Positions 45,502 to 55,701 of a stretch of 64,000 nucleotides of DNA are shown here, one piece after another (position 1 is the first letter of the stretch; the number at the start of each line of letters is the position of its first letter). The stretch spans positions 132,631-196,630 of the forward strand of contig JALOPZ010000002.1 in assembly GCA_025453605.1 (NCBI GenBank). Reading direction: 5' to 3'. Made by a program: the position numbers and the translations under genes. The DNA comes from Candidatus Margulisiibacteriota bacterium. Lineage in GTDB: Bacteria; Margulisbacteria; WOR-1; O2-12-FULL-45-9; XYB2-FULL-48-7. The notes under the pieces are model-generated. The model was not told where the DNA came from. It did no database searches and was given only the letters and a program-made list of their open reading frames with translations.

Positions 45502-46239
45502 ATGACCGACCGAATTTTGGAGATCGGAAGCGCCGGGCTGGAATCCACTGACCAGCAGGTCAAAAAACTGATGGACAACCTGGTCAATGCTGAGGTCCCC
45601 GGCTACAAAAGATCGGAAGTAGTCGTTAAAGGTTTTCCCGCCGCGCTTGAATCCGCTTCCCAGAAGTTCCAGCCGGTCAAACCGCAGGCCGACACGACTT
45701 TTTACAGCGAGCTCCCCGGCGCCCTGATCAAGACCGGCGGCGCGCTTGACGTCGCTATCGGCTCGGCCGGTTACTTTGTGGTCTCCGGCCAATGGGGCGA
45801 AGGCTATACCCGGGATGGCCGCTTCAAGCTCGACAACGACGGCCGGTTGCTGACGGTGGCCGGCAACTACCCGGTCCAGGGAGAAATGGGGCCGATCATT
45901 GTTACTCCGGGGACCGTGGTTGAGATCAACCAGGAAGGCGACGTGCTGGTCGACCAGGTCAAGGTCGATCGATTGAAACTGGTCCAGCCGGAACAACCGG
46001 GCGGACTGGAGCAACTGAGCGGCAGTCTCTTTAAACGCCAGGACGGGACGGTCGTGATGCAGCCGATCGATAACCCGCGCGTGATCCAGGGTTATGTTGA
46101 GTCATCGAACGTCAATCCGGTCGATGCGATGATGCAGATGATCGTGCTGGAACGGCAATACAGCCTCAACGGCAAAGTTGTTTCCACGCGGGACGGTAAT
46201 TTGGGGCGGGCGATGGAGCTGGGCCGTCCCACCCAGTAG
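45502..46239 (+). CDS. flgF: Flagellar basal-body rod protein FlgF
   Basis: NLVNAEVPGYK, YTRDGRF, QGYVESSNVNPV. Confidence 0.85.
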   Translation: MTDRILEIGSAGLESTDQQVKKLMDNLVNAEVPGYKRSEVVVKGFPAALESASQKFQPVKPQADTTFYSELPGALIKTGGALDVAIGSAGYFVVSGQWGEGYTRDGRFKLDNDGRLLTVAGNYPVQGEMGPIIVTPGTVVEINQEGDVLVDQVKVDRLKLVQPEQPGGLEQLSGSLFKRQDGTVVMQPIDNPRVIQGYVESSNVNPVDAMMQMIVLERQYSLNGKVVSTRDGNLGRAMELGRPTQ

Positions 46240-46253
46240 AGGAGGGTAAAACA

Positions 46254-47054
46254 ATGTTTCAACCGCTATATGTCGCGGCGACCGGTCTTTCGGCGATGCA
46301 GGATGAGATCCTGAACATCACCAACAACCTGGCTAACGCCAAGACCGTGGCCTTTAAAAAATCACGCGCCGAAATGGAAAGCCTTTTCTACGTGGAAAAG
46401 AGCTTCAAGGATACGCTATACGAAGCAATGTCCGGGACCGAAGCGCCGCCGGTCAACGTGGAGTACGGGACCGGTGTCCGCGTGGCCGCTACGCCGAAGG
46501 ACTTTGCCCAGGGGACGATCGAGATCACCAGTAACCCAACCGACCTGGCGATCCAGGGCGAAGGTTTCTTCCAGGTTCGAATGCCGGACGGCAGTTACGC
46601 TTACACCCGGGCCGGTAATTTCCACGTTGACAATGATAACAATCTGGTCGATCCGAACGGCCGGCTGCTGGCCGCCGCGATCACCTTGCCCGACAACACG
46701 ACCTCGATCGTTGTCCGTCAGGACGGAACGGTCCTGGCGGCGACCGAGGGGAGCACCTCGCTGAGCGAGGTCGGCCAGCTGGCCATTTCCCGGTTCACCA
46801 ATCCGGCCGGACTTAAATCGATCGGGCAAAATCTCTACGCCGCGACCCCGGCTTCCGGCGAACCGGTGACCGGTACGCCGAACCAGGACGGTTACGGCTC
46901 GGTTAACCAGTATTCGCTCGAGTCGAGCAACGTCGACGTTATTTCCGAAATGATGCGGATGGTCATGGTCCAGCGGGTTTTTGACACGGTCAGTAAAGCG
47001 GTGCAGAGCTACCAGGGGATGCTGAACACGCTGCAGCAGATGAAGCAGGGGTAA
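46254..47054 (+). CDS. flgG: Flagellar basal-body rod protein FlgG
   Basis: NNLANAKT, DLAIQGEGFF, YTRAGNF, LESSNVDV. Confidence 0.92.
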   Translation: MFQPLYVAATGLSAMQDEILNITNNLANAKTVAFKKSRAEMESLFYVEKSFKDTLYEAMSGTEAPPVNVEYGTGVRVAATPKDFAQGTIEITSNPTDLAIQGEGFFQVRMPDGSYAYTRAGNFHVDNDNNLVDPNGRLLAAAITLPDNTTSIVVRQDGTVLAATEGSTSLSEVGQLAISRFTNPAGLKSIGQNLYAATPASGEPVTGTPNQDGYGSVNQYSLESSNVDVISEMMRMVMVQRVFDTVSKAVQSYQGMLNTLQQMKQG

Positions 47055-47097
47055 GGGGTAGAATATCAGGGTATCAGGATATCAGAAAATCAGAGAA

Positions 47098-47811
47098 ATG
47101 AATAAACTGCTTATCAGTTTGATGGTCGGGTTGATGATCGCCAGCGGCGCAGCCGCGCTGAGCGATCCCGAGCAGCGGGTCGGCGCGGTCCTCAAGGATT
47201 TTATCGTTGCCAGGTATCCCGCTTGGGATCGGGCGGAGATCGTCCTGACCTATAAACAGGCGGACAAGGTTTGGGCGGCGCTCCGCGAACTTCCCGACCA
47301 GGCGGCGATCAGTGTGTTGCCGGTGATGCCGGATTTTAAACCAGCCGGCAACGTGATCTTCCCCTTGTTGGTCACCGGTGAGACCGGCGACAGCAAATTC
47401 CTCCTGCGCACCCGGGTCGAGGTCATGAAGAACGTGGTGGCGGTGGCTCAACCGATCAGGCGAGGGACCGCGCTGACGGCCGAACTGTTGAAACTGGAGA
47501 AGCGCGACGTGGCGCTTCTGCCGCCGAAGTATTTTACCGAGACGGCGGGACTGGGCAGTTGGGAAGCCAGGATCGGGATCCCGGCTAACAGCACGCTTTT
47601 TGTCTGGATGATCGGCGCCCCGCCGCTGCTCAGACGCGGCAGCCAGGTCGACCTCCTGGTCAGCGCGCCCGGTTTGTTGGTCAAGGCGAAAGGCGAGGCG
47701 TTGGAAGACGGCCAGCCTGATCAGCTGATCAAGGTTAAACGCCTGGACTCCGGTAAGATCCTGGCGGCCAAGGTTAAAAGTACCAATGAAGTAGAGGTAA
47801 CTGTCGAATGA
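47098..47811 (+). CDS. flgA: P-ring chaperone FlgA
   Basis: Signal peptide; SAF domain; GEALEDG...IKV..LDSGK. Confidence 0.85.
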   Translation: MNKLLISLMVGLMIASGAAALSDPEQRVGAVLKDFIVARYPAWDRAEIVLTYKQADKVWAALRELPDQAAISVLPVMPDFKPAGNVIFPLLVTGETGDSKFLLRTRVEVMKNVVAVAQPIRRGTALTAELLKLEKRDVALLPPKYFTETAGLGSWEARIGIPANSTLFVWMIGAPPLLRRGSQVDLLVSAPGLLVKAKGEALEDGQPDQLIKVKRLDSGKILAAKVKSTNEVEVTVE

Positions 47812-48398
47812 ATAAAAAACTGCTGGCGCTCGGATCACTTTTACTGGCGTTGACGGTGTCGGCCGGCGCGGACTCGCTCTGGGGCGATAACAGCGCTTCG
47901 CCGTACTCGACCCAAAAAGGGTACAAGGTTGGCGATATCATCAACATCATCGTTTTGGAAAGCACCTCGGCCAAGAGCCTAGCCGGCAGTAAGTCTGACG
48001 TTAAAGATGACCTGAACGCCAAGTTGACCCACACGCTGGCCCGACTGGCGCCGGTGATCGGGACCAATACCCAGATCGCCGGGTCGGCCCAGAACAAGTA
48101 CATCGGCGACGCGTCGACCAACCGGGGGAACAATGTTTCCGCCCGGATCGCCGCCTGGGTGACGGAAGTCCTCCCCAACGGCAATCTGAACATCAAAGGT
48201 TTACACCGGGTCGAGGTTAACGATGAGCTGCAGGAGATCTCGATCACCGGGCAGATCCGGCCGAAGGATGTCAGCGGAGGGAACACGATCTATTCCTATC
48301 AGGTAGCTAACGCCGAACTGGCGGTCAAAGGGACGGGCGCGGTAGCCGACAGCAGTTCACCCGGCTGGCTGACCAGGATATTTAATTGGATCTTTTAG
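47808..48398 (+). CDS. flgH: L-ring protein FlgH
   Basis: KVGDIINI, VLPNGNL, GQIRPKDV, GWLTRIF. Confidence 0.9.
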   Translation: MNKKLLALGSLLLALTVSAGADSLWGDNSASPYSTQKGYKVGDIINIIVLESTSAKSLAGSKSDVKDDLNAKLTHTLARLAPVIGTNTQIAGSAQNKYIGDASTNRGNNVSARIAAWVTEVLPNGNLNIKGLHRVEVNDELQEISITGQIRPKDVSGGNTIYSYQVANAELAVKGTGAVADSSSPGWLTRIFNWIF

Positions 48399-48407
48399 GA
48401 GGACCTA

Positions 48408-49508
48408 GTGAAATTTAACAGGCTGATCGTCCTGGCCGCGATCCTGACCGTGCTGGCGACCGCCGCTACGGCAGCGATGCCGGCTTCGCGCGTCAAAGAC
48501 CTCGCTTCGGTCCTGGGCGCCAGGGAAAATCAGCTCCTCGGTTTCGGCCTGGTCGTCGGACTCAACAATACCGGCGACAAGACCCAGACCGGCTTCACTC
48601 AGCAGGCGCTGACTAACCTATTGTCGCGCATGGGCGTGGTCCCGCAGGTCGTCGATTTTAAGTCGCGCAATGTCGCCGCGGTCATGGTCACCGCCACTCT
48701 GCCGCCGTTCACCCCGGCCGGCCAGAAACTGGACGTGACCGTCTCGTCGGTCGGCGACGCGACCTCGCTGCAGGGGGGGACCTTGCTGATGACCCCGCTG
48801 CAGGGCGCGGACGACCAGGTTTACGCGGTAGCGCAGGGGAGCCTGGTGGTCGGCGTCGATCCCGCCTCGCCGAGCGTTCCTTACGCCCGGCAGCGGCAGG
48901 TCACGGTCGGCCGGATACCATCCGGGGCGCTGGTTGAAAAAGAAGTCCCGGTCACGCTGGCCGGCAAGGCCGGATTGTCGATCGTCCTCAACGAACCCGA
49001 TTTCACGACCGCCAATCGCCTGGTTAGCGCGATCCGCACGGCCGGGTTTGACGCCACCGCCCGCGACGCCGGCACGATCACGGTGCCGCTCTCCGGCGAG
49101 GACATTGTCACGATGATCGCCCGGATCGAAAATCTCAAGATCACCCCGGACACGGTCGCCAAGATCGTGATCAACGAACGGACCGGCACCGTGGTGATCG
49201 GCGAGAACGTAGTGCTGGCGCCGGTCGCCGTCTCTTACGGCGGGATCGACGTCTACATCGGCGGGATCGATCTTTATTCGGAGGGGACCAACTCCGAGAA
49301 CATCGAGGGGGAAACCCGCTACACCGCCCAGGGCAAAGCCCGGATGAAGAAGAAAGAGACCAAGCTGACCCTGGTCCCGGCGGCGCCGACCCTGGCGACG
49401 TTGGTCCGGGCGCTGAACACGATCGGCCTGTCGAACAAAGACCTGATCGCGATCCTGCAGGCGATGAAAAAAGCGGGCGCCATCAAGGCAGAGCTGGAGG
49501 TCATATGA
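48408..49508 (+). CDS. flgI: P-ring protein FlgI
   Basis: RENQLLGFGLVVGL, NVAAVMVTA, SLQGGTLL, INERTGTVV. Confidence 0.95.
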   Translation: MKFNRLIVLAAILTVLATAATAAMPASRVKDLASVLGARENQLLGFGLVVGLNNTGDKTQTGFTQQALTNLLSRMGVVPQVVDFKSRNVAAVMVTATLPPFTPAGQKLDVTVSSVGDATSLQGGTLLMTPLQGADDQVYAVAQGSLVVGVDPASPSVPYARQRQVTVGRIPSGALVEKEVPVTLAGKAGLSIVLNEPDFTTANRLVSAIRTAGFDATARDAGTITVPLSGEDIVTMIARIENLKITPDTVAKIVINERTGTVVIGENVVLAPVAVSYGGIDVYIGGIDLYSEGTNSENIEGETRYTAQGKARMKKKETKLTLVPAAPTLATLVRALNTIGLSNKDLIAILQAMKKAGAIKAELEVI

Positions 49509-49801
49509 TCGAGGCGGTCCAAACCGGTTTACCGGTCAGCGGCGCTCCCGTCGGAGCGACCGCGACCAGGCGGCAGCAGGCGGAAGTGGAGTTTATGACG
49601 ATCTTTTACAAGGAGATGCTCAAGCAGGTCTTCAAGACGCCGCGGTTAAGCGGTGAAGACGAGGAAGAAAGCGGTTTCAGCTCCGCGCTGACCGCGATGA
49701 ACTCCGACCTGCTGGCGGAAAAAATGGCGGAACAGATGGTTAAAAGCGCCCTGGCTAACCGGCAGTGGTCCGGTCTCGGCGCACCGGCGGTCGGCCAATG
49801 A
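49505..49801 (+). CDS. Short FlgJ-like rod-binding protein
   Basis: Position after flgI; E..F...MLKQ pattern; no muramidase domain. Confidence 0.55.
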   Translation: MIEAVQTGLPVSGAPVGATATRRQQAEVEFMTIFYKEMLKQVFKTPRLSGEDEEESGFSSALTAMNSDLLAEKMAEQMVKSALANRQWSGLGAPAVGQ

Positions 49802-50538
49802 GCAAACCATCGGTCGCCAAACAGAAAAAATCGAGCGGGCCGGCCAGGGTGCTGATCCAGGGATCGGTCGAGGCGTACATGCCGCTGGTCCATTCGATCG
49901 CTTCGATGGTTTCGGGCAAAGGTTTGCCGCCGAACATCGAGTACGACGATCTGGTCTCCGACGGGACGGTCGGCCTGATGAAAGCCTGGGAGAATTTTGA
50001 CCCCAAACGGGGGGTCAAATTCGAGACCTACGCCTCCTACCGGATCCGCGGCGAGATGCTGGACGGTCTGAAGAATTACAGCCCGGTCCCGTACCGGGTC
50101 CAGGTGATGGTCCGCGATCTGGCCAAAAAAGGGGTCAAGTCGGTCATCAGCAAAAAAGAAGCGGCGGAAGAAGAGCTGCTGGAAAAGCGCGAGCTCTCCG
50201 AAGACGAGTTCAAGCAGGCGCTGAAACGGATCAAGAAGATCGTTTCGGCGTCGGCACTGATGTACCTGCTCTCCATCCAGGGGATGTCGGAGGCTGGCGT
50301 CGAGCCGCAGGTCTCCAATGAGGGGACGCCCGATTCCGAAGCGGATTTTGCCGAGCTTAAGGAGCGGATCCGCGGCGCGGTTTACGACCTGCCGCAGCAG
50401 CAGCGCCAGATCATCGAGCTCTTTTTCCATAAAGGGATCAATCAGAAGACGATCGCCGAGAAGCTGAGGCTGTCGCGGCCCAAGGTCTGCCGGGTGATCA
50501 GCAAAGCGATCGAAGCGCTGAAAAAGAAGGTAAAGTAA
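49798..50538 (+). CDS. FliA/WhiG (sigma-28)-like sigma factor
   Basis: DDLVSDGTVGL...FDPKRGVKFETYASYRIRGEMLD; region 4 HTH. Confidence 0.88.
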   Translation: MSKPSVAKQKKSSGPARVLIQGSVEAYMPLVHSIASMVSGKGLPPNIEYDDLVSDGTVGLMKAWENFDPKRGVKFETYASYRIRGEMLDGLKNYSPVPYRVQVMVRDLAKKGVKSVISKKEAAEEELLEKRELSEDEFKQALKRIKKIVSASALMYLLSIQGMSEAGVEPQVSNEGTPDSEADFAELKERIRGAVYDLPQQQRQIIELFFHKGINQKTIAEKLRLSRPKVCRVISKAIEALKKKVK

Positions 50539-50539
50539 A

Positions 50540-50848
50540 ATGGTCTTTTCGCCGGTCGAGATCTTTGACAGTTCTTTCGGCGGCCTGGAAAGAGCGATGC
50601 AGGTCGCGACCCAGAGACAGATGGTCATCGCGCAAAATATCGCCAACGCCAAAACGCCGGGTTACCGGGCGATGACCTTTGATGAACAGTTGATGAAAGC
50701 GGTGGAACGGGCCGAACGGCGCGATGTCGTCCTGGAGGACGAACTGTCGGCCCTGACCGAGAACTCGGTAAAGTATTCCGCGGTCACCAAGCTGATGACC
50801 GCCAAGCTCAATGTCCTGAAGACGATCGTCACGCAGGGAAGGAGATGA
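50540..50848 (+). CDS. flgB: Flagellar rod protein FlgB (short)
   Basis: RQMVIAQNIANAKTPGY. Confidence 0.88.
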   Translation: MVFSPVEIFDSSFGGLERAMQVATQRQMVIAQNIANAKTPGYRAMTFDEQLMKAVERAERRDVVLEDELSALTENSVKYSAVTKLMTAKLNVLKTIVTQGRR

Positions 50849-50854
50849 TGAGCG

Positions 50855-51301
50855 ATGGGCTTTGATGACGCGCTGGAAATAAGCGTTTCCGGGGTTGAGG
50901 CGCAGCGCCGGACCATGGAGCTGATCTCGTCTAACCTGGCGAACATCAGTACGACCCGCACCGCTTTTGGCGGTCCCTACCGGCGCAAGATCGCTGTTTT
51001 GGGCGAAAAACAGATCTCCTTTGATCAGGCCCTCGGTGAGGCGCAGTTGCGGCTGACCGGGACCGCGGGCGGGAACGGGGGCGTGGCGGTGCTGGACGTG
51101 GTCGAAGACAGTTCCCCTTTGCCCAAGGTCTACAATCCCGGCCACCCCGACGCCGACGAGAACGGCTACGTCCAAATGCCCAACGTCAATATGTCCAACG
51201 AAATGATCGACATGATCATGACTTCCCGGCTGTACGAAGCGAACATTACCGCGTTCAACGCGACCAAAAAAATGATGCAGGACACGCTGGCGATCCAGTA
51301 A
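50855..51301 (+). CDS. flgC: Flagellar rod protein FlgC
   Basis: SNLANIST, GGPYRRK, YNPGHPDADENGYVQMPNVN. Confidence 0.95.
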   Translation: MGFDDALEISVSGVEAQRRTMELISSNLANISTTRTAFGGPYRRKIAVLGEKQISFDQALGEAQLRLTGTAGGNGGVAVLDVVEDSSPLPKVYNPGHPDADENGYVQMPNVNMSNEMIDMIMTSRLYEANITAFNATKKMMQDTLAIQ

Positions 51302-51325
51302 GTGTCCGACTGGAGGGGGTAAAAC

Positions 51326-51691
51326 ATGGTGCAGGGGATCGATCCGGTTTCCGCTAACCAGCGCCTGGCCCAGATACTGGGCGATGAGCCGTTAATGGCC
51401 CAGGCCGAATCGCCCGTGCAGATGGGACAGGGTGCGGGCGGTGTGACCCGGGCCGGTTTTACCGGCAATGCCTTTGACGACCTGCTCGGCAAAGCGATCG
51501 AATCGCTCGACGGGGTCAGCAAAACCGAGTTCCACGCCAATCAGGTGATCGACCAGTACATCAAGGGTAAGGCCGATCTCCAGGAGGTAATGGTCGCCCA
51601 GTCCAAAGCGACCATTATGGCCCAGCTGGCAGTGACGACGGTCAACGCGGCGGTCAACACCTTTAAAGAAATAACGCAGATGCAGATCTGA
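51326..51691 (+). CDS. fliE: Hook-basal body protein FliE
   Basis: DLQEVMVA...FKEITQMQI C-terminus. Confidence 0.88.
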   Translation: MVQGIDPVSANQRLAQILGDEPLMAQAESPVQMGQGAGGVTRAGFTGNAFDDLLGKAIESLDGVSKTEFHANQVIDQYIKGKADLQEVMVAQSKATIMAQLAVTTVNAAVNTFKEITQMQI

Positions 51692-51755
51692 TGGATAGCG
51701 GTAAGCTGTAGGTCGTAAGCGGTAAGTTGTAAGTTAAGAAAAGAAAGGGGACAAG

Positions 51756-53249
51756 ATGGCGGAACCAGCGGGCGGTTTTGATCTGCGCCGATTGATCTTG
51801 GTCGGCGGCGTGATGCTTGTGGTCCTCTTTTCCGTGCTCTTTTTCGTTTTTCGCAGCTGCGCTCCGGCCCTGAGCGAGTCGGCGGCGCGCAAGCCGGGGT
51901 ATACCGTGATCTATTCCAATCTCGACCTCAAGGACGCCGCCAACGTCATTGCCCGGCTCAAGGAGAGCAATCTCCCGTACGAGATCAGGGATGACGGCCG
52001 GGCGATCGCCGTCCCCAAAGAAAAAGCCGACCAGGCGCGCCTGAGCCTGGCGGAAAAGAACCTGCCGGTCGGCGGCTCGGTCGGCTGGGAGATCTTCAAC
52101 GAATCCAAACTGGGCGCTACCGATTTTGACCGCCGGATCCAGCTGATCAGAGCGATCTCCGGCGAACTGGCCCGGATGATCAGGCGGATCAACGGGGTTG
52201 AAGAAGCGACCGTCCAGGTCGTGATCCCCGAGACCAAACTGTTCGCGGCGACGACCGCCCCGGTGACCGCCGCGGTCATGCTCCGCCTGCGCCCCGGTTT
52301 TATGTTGGCGCCGGAAAAGATCAACGGCATCGTTCACCTGGTCGCCAGCAGCGTGGAAAATCTGCAATTGGAGAATGTCACCGTGGTCGATGACACCGGG
52401 CGGATCCTGACCGGGAAAATGGCGGCGCTGACCACCCGGCTGGCTGCCAGTCCGCCGCCGCCGGCCGAGCGTCCGGTTGAGATCAAAGAACCGGAGCCGT
52501 TGCCTCCATCGCCGGATGTGGTGATGAGGAGGCCGGTCGCGATCGCGACGGTGGAAGTGAGCAAAACGGCCAAGCCGGTAACCGTGGAAGCGGTGCTGAC
52601 CCGGCCGGCCACCCTGACCGCCACGGAGAAACTGAAGATCAAGATCCAGACTAAAAAAGAGCTGGAGCAGGAACTGGCCGGCAAAGCCCAGGAGCTGCTC
52701 AATCGCTTTTACCCGCTCAACAGCGTGATCGTTCGGGTCACGGCTGACTTTAAACCGGCTAAAGAGAACGAACTGCGCAATAAAGAGCTCCAGATCAAAA
52801 AGATCACGACGGTGATCCTGGTCGACAACCGGGTCGATTTTAATGCCAATCTGAAGCAGGCGACCTTCACGACCGTCGCCGCCGCGGTCAACTACCACAA
52901 AAAGCGGGGCGACCGGATCATCCTGCAGCGGGTTCCGTTCCATCTGGCGACCCCGCCGCTTAGCCAGGCGAAGGGCGTAACCGGGCAGGCTGTCCGCCAA
53001 CCCGGGCGGGCCCTCCAGCTCTGGGGGACACTGCTGACCGCGCAAAGGTTGATCGGCGCCGGGATCGCCTTTGTCCTGCTCGTCCTGGTCTTCTGGTTCT
53101 TTACCGGCCGGTCCAGGCGGCCGGAGCCGCTCGGCGCGCCCCCCGTTCAGGAGCGAGAGAATGTGTCCAAACTTGATCAGGTCAGGAACGCGGTCGTCCA
53201 GGACCCGGAGAAGATCGCGGCCCTGCTAAAAAAATGGTTGAGCGAATAA
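51756..53249 (+). CDS. fliF: MS-ring protein FliF
   Basis: Two TMs; GWEIFNESKLGATDF, RAISGELAR, LVASSVENL, DPEKIAALLKKWL. Confidence 0.9.
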   Translation: MAEPAGGFDLRRLILVGGVMLVVLFSVLFFVFRSCAPALSESAARKPGYTVIYSNLDLKDAANVIARLKESNLPYEIRDDGRAIAVPKEKADQARLSLAEKNLPVGGSVGWEIFNESKLGATDFDRRIQLIRAISGELARMIRRINGVEEATVQVVIPETKLFAATTAPVTAAVMLRLRPGFMLAPEKINGIVHLVASSVENLQLENVTVVDDTGRILTGKMAALTTRLAASPPPPAERPVEIKEPEPLPPSPDVVMRRPVAIATVEVSKTAKPVTVEAVLTRPATLTATEKLKIKIQTKKELEQELAGKAQELLNRFYPLNSVIVRVTADFKPAKENELRNKELQIKKITTVILVDNRVDFNANLKQATFTTVAAAVNYHKKRGDRIILQRVPFHLATPPLSQAKGVTGQAVRQPGRALQLWGTLLTAQRLIGAGIAFVLLVLVFWFFTGRSRRPEPLGAPPVQERENVSKLDQVRNAVVQDPEKIAALLKKWLSE

Positions 53250-53250
53250 T

Positions 53251-53712
53251 ATGGCATTGACCGGACGAGAAAAAGCGACGATATTTCTTTCCCTCCTCGG
53301 GGCGGACGTTTCCGCCCGGGTGCTCCGTTATCTGCCGGATGAGCTGGCGGACGTGATCGCCGCCGGGATCAATCACCTGCCGACCCCTTCGCCGGATGCG
53401 CTGGCCGAAATAATGGCCGAATACAACAGTTTTTTGGCTTTACCACCGCCGATCGAAAGGACCGAACAGATCGTTTATGAAACGGCGCCAGCCGTCGCCC
53501 GCAAGAATTACGCGCCGCTCCTTTACGAGCGGCCGCAACTGGCCGCCTTTATTGTCTCTTTGCTGCCGGCCGATGAACGGGAAGCCGCCTTGCGCGCTTT
53601 TCCCAAGAACCGGGCGGCGATCGAAGAATTGCTCACCGCATTAAAAGAGAACGATCTGCAGCCCAAGATAGCGGAACGCCTGCGGCAGCAGTATGCCGGG
53701 ATCATCTTTTAA
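53251..53712 (+). CDS. fliG: Truncated FliG-like protein (N and partial M domains only)
   Basis: LTGREKATIFLSLLG (FliG-N), ERPQ (EHPQ-like); only 153 aa. Confidence 0.7.
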   Translation: MALTGREKATIFLSLLGADVSARVLRYLPDELADVIAAGINHLPTPSPDALAEIMAEYNSFLALPPPIERTEQIVYETAPAVARKNYAPLLYERPQLAAFIVSLLPADEREAALRAFPKNRAAIEELLTALKENDLQPKIAERLRQQYAGIIF

Positions 53713-53715
53713 ATC

Positions 53716-54378
53716 ATGGGCCTGATCAAACGAGATCAGCTGCAGGATACGGGCGAGGTCCTGATCGAAAAACCGAATGAAACCGTGACCCACCGCCCGG
53801 CGCCGCGATTGGTGATCGCCGCCGATGATCTTCCCCGGGCGCAGAACGAGGCGGAGCGGATCATCGAACAGGCGCAGCATGAAGCGGCCGCGCTGGGGCA
53901 GGAGGCCAAAGAAGCCGGCCGCCGGGAAGGTTTGGAGGAAGCGGCCGCGCGGGTCGATGAGGCGCTCTCCACTCTCAATCAAGCGGTCAAAGAACGCAAG
54001 CGGATCATCAAGGACGCCGAAGGGGAACTGCTCCGGCTCTCGCTCAAGATCGCCGAACAGATCATCCGCTCCGAGGTCTCGCTCCACCGCGACGTTTCGC
54101 TCAACATCGTTTCCGAAGCGATCAGCCGCGTCTCCGACCGGGAACAGATCATTGTTCGGGTGAACCGCGACGACGCCGAGTACCTCAAGCGCTACAAGGA
54201 CCGTTTGGCCGGAATGATGGACGGCGTTAAAAGTTTTTCGATCATCGAGGACGCCAACATCGAACCGGGCGGCTGCGTGATCGAGACCAACCTCGGTTTT
54301 ATCGACGCCAGGATCGCCACCAAGCTCCGCTCGATCGAAGAAGCCCTGCAAAAAGATTACAGCGAAGAAAACCGGTAA
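53716..54378 (+). CDS. fliH: Export apparatus FliH/SctL
   Basis: AxxxGxxxG repeat, IIVRVN, GGCVIET..GFIDA. Confidence 0.9.
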   Translation: MGLIKRDQLQDTGEVLIEKPNETVTHRPAPRLVIAADDLPRAQNEAERIIEQAQHEAAALGQEAKEAGRREGLEEAAARVDEALSTLNQAVKERKRIIKDAEGELLRLSLKIAEQIIRSEVSLHRDVSLNIVSEAISRVSDREQIIVRVNRDDAEYLKRYKDRLAGMMDGVKSFSIIEDANIEPGGCVIETNLGFIDARIATKLRSIEEALQKDYSEENR

Positions 54379-54379
54379 C

Positions 54380-55696
54380 ATGGACTACGCCATCGATTTT
54401 GAGAAATACCATAAAGCGGTCGACCGCGCGGAGCTGGTCCGGGTGATCGGCAAGGTCGTGCAGGTGGTCGGTTTGATCATCGAGGCGCAGGTCGGCGGAG
54501 TATCCGTCGGTGATCTCTGTTCGATCCGGCTGGAGAAAGAGGGGCGCGAGCAGTTCGCCGAGGTGGTCGGGTTCAAGGAAAGCCGGGTGCTGCTCATGCC
54601 GCTCGGTTCGACCGCCGGGATCGGTCCGGGCGCCCAGGTTACCGCCGTCGGCCATCCGCTCAAGGTCCGGGTCGGCCCCGACACGCTGGGCCGGGTGCTC
54701 GGCGGCCTGGGTGAACCGATCGACGGCAAGGGGCCGGTCCTGGGTGAGACCGACGCCCCGCTAGATGCCGATCCTCCCGATCCGGTTAAACGGCCGCGGG
54801 TGACCGATGTGATGCGCTGCGGCGTCCGGGCGATCGACGGGATGCTGACGGTCGGCAAGGGGCAGCGGATCGGGATCTTTGCCGGCTCCGGCGTCGGCAA
54901 GTCGACCCTGATGGGGATGATCGCCCGGAACGCGGAAGCGGACGTCAACGTCATCTGCCTGGTCGGTGAGCGCGGCCGCGAAGTGCGCGACTTTATCGAA
55001 GAATCGCTCGGCGAGGAGGGGCTAAAAAAGTCGGTGGTTGTGGTCGCCACCTCGGACCAGCCGCCGTTGATCCGGCTGAAGGCGGCGTTCGTCGCTACCG
55101 CCATCGCCGAATATTTTCGCAACAACCGGAAAAAAGTCATCCTGATGATGGATTCTGTCACCCGATTCGCCATGGCGCAGCGCGACATCGGCCTGGCCGC
55201 CGGCGAGCCGCCGACCACCAAGGGATATACCCCGTCGGTCTTTGCCCTGTTGCCGCGCCTGATGGAACGTTCGGGGACCTCCGAGAGCGCAAGTATCACC
55301 GCTTTTTACACGATCTTAGTTGAGGGGGATGATTTTAACGAGCCGATCGCCGATCACGCCCGCTCGATCCTTGACGGGCACATTGTCCTCTCCCGCGACC
55401 TGGCGGCGCGCAACCATTACCCGGCGATCGACGTCCCGCACAGCGTCAGCCGGATCATGACCAACCTGGTCTCGGACGAGCAAAAAGCGGCGGCCGGCAA
55501 GCTGCGTGAGGTTCTGGCGCGTTACGCGGAGGCGGAAGACCTGATCAATATCGGCGCTTACGTCAAGGGGAGCAACCCGAAGATCGATTACGCTCTCTCC
55601 AAGATCGATCAGGTCAATGAGTTCCTGAAACAGGGGACGTTCGAAAAGATCGAATTCGAAGAAACGGTCGAAAGATTGCTCAGTATCTTTAATTAA
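54380..55696 (+). CDS. fliI: Export ATPase FliI/SctN
   Basis: FAGSGVGKST, GERGREV, DSVTRFA, GEPP, LDGHIVL. Confidence 0.96.
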   Translation: MDYAIDFEKYHKAVDRAELVRVIGKVVQVVGLIIEAQVGGVSVGDLCSIRLEKEGREQFAEVVGFKESRVLLMPLGSTAGIGPGAQVTAVGHPLKVRVGPDTLGRVLGGLGEPIDGKGPVLGETDAPLDADPPDPVKRPRVTDVMRCGVRAIDGMLTVGKGQRIGIFAGSGVGKSTLMGMIARNAEADVNVICLVGERGREVRDFIEESLGEEGLKKSVVVVATSDQPPLIRLKAAFVATAIAEYFRNNRKKVILMMDSVTRFAMAQRDIGLAAGEPPTTKGYTPSVFALLPRLMERSGTSESASITAFYTILVEGDDFNEPIADHARSILDGHIVLSRDLAARNHYPAIDVPHSVSRIMTNLVSDEQKAAAGKLREVLARYAEAEDLINIGAYVKGSNPKIDYALSKIDQVNEFLKQGTFEKIEFEETVERLLSIFN

Positions 55697-55701
55697 ATAC
55701 C

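Noticed and set aside
51663..53045. 460-aa antisense ORF (also 56391-57731, 49606-50652, 5355-6398 and similar)
   Set aside because: Shadow ORFs opposite well-supported genes, expected in GC-rich DNA; no recognisable motifs.
53251..53716. Frameshifted full-length fliG
   Set aside because: fliH begins 4 nt after the stop, leaving no sequence that could encode FliG-C; treated as a genuine short gene.
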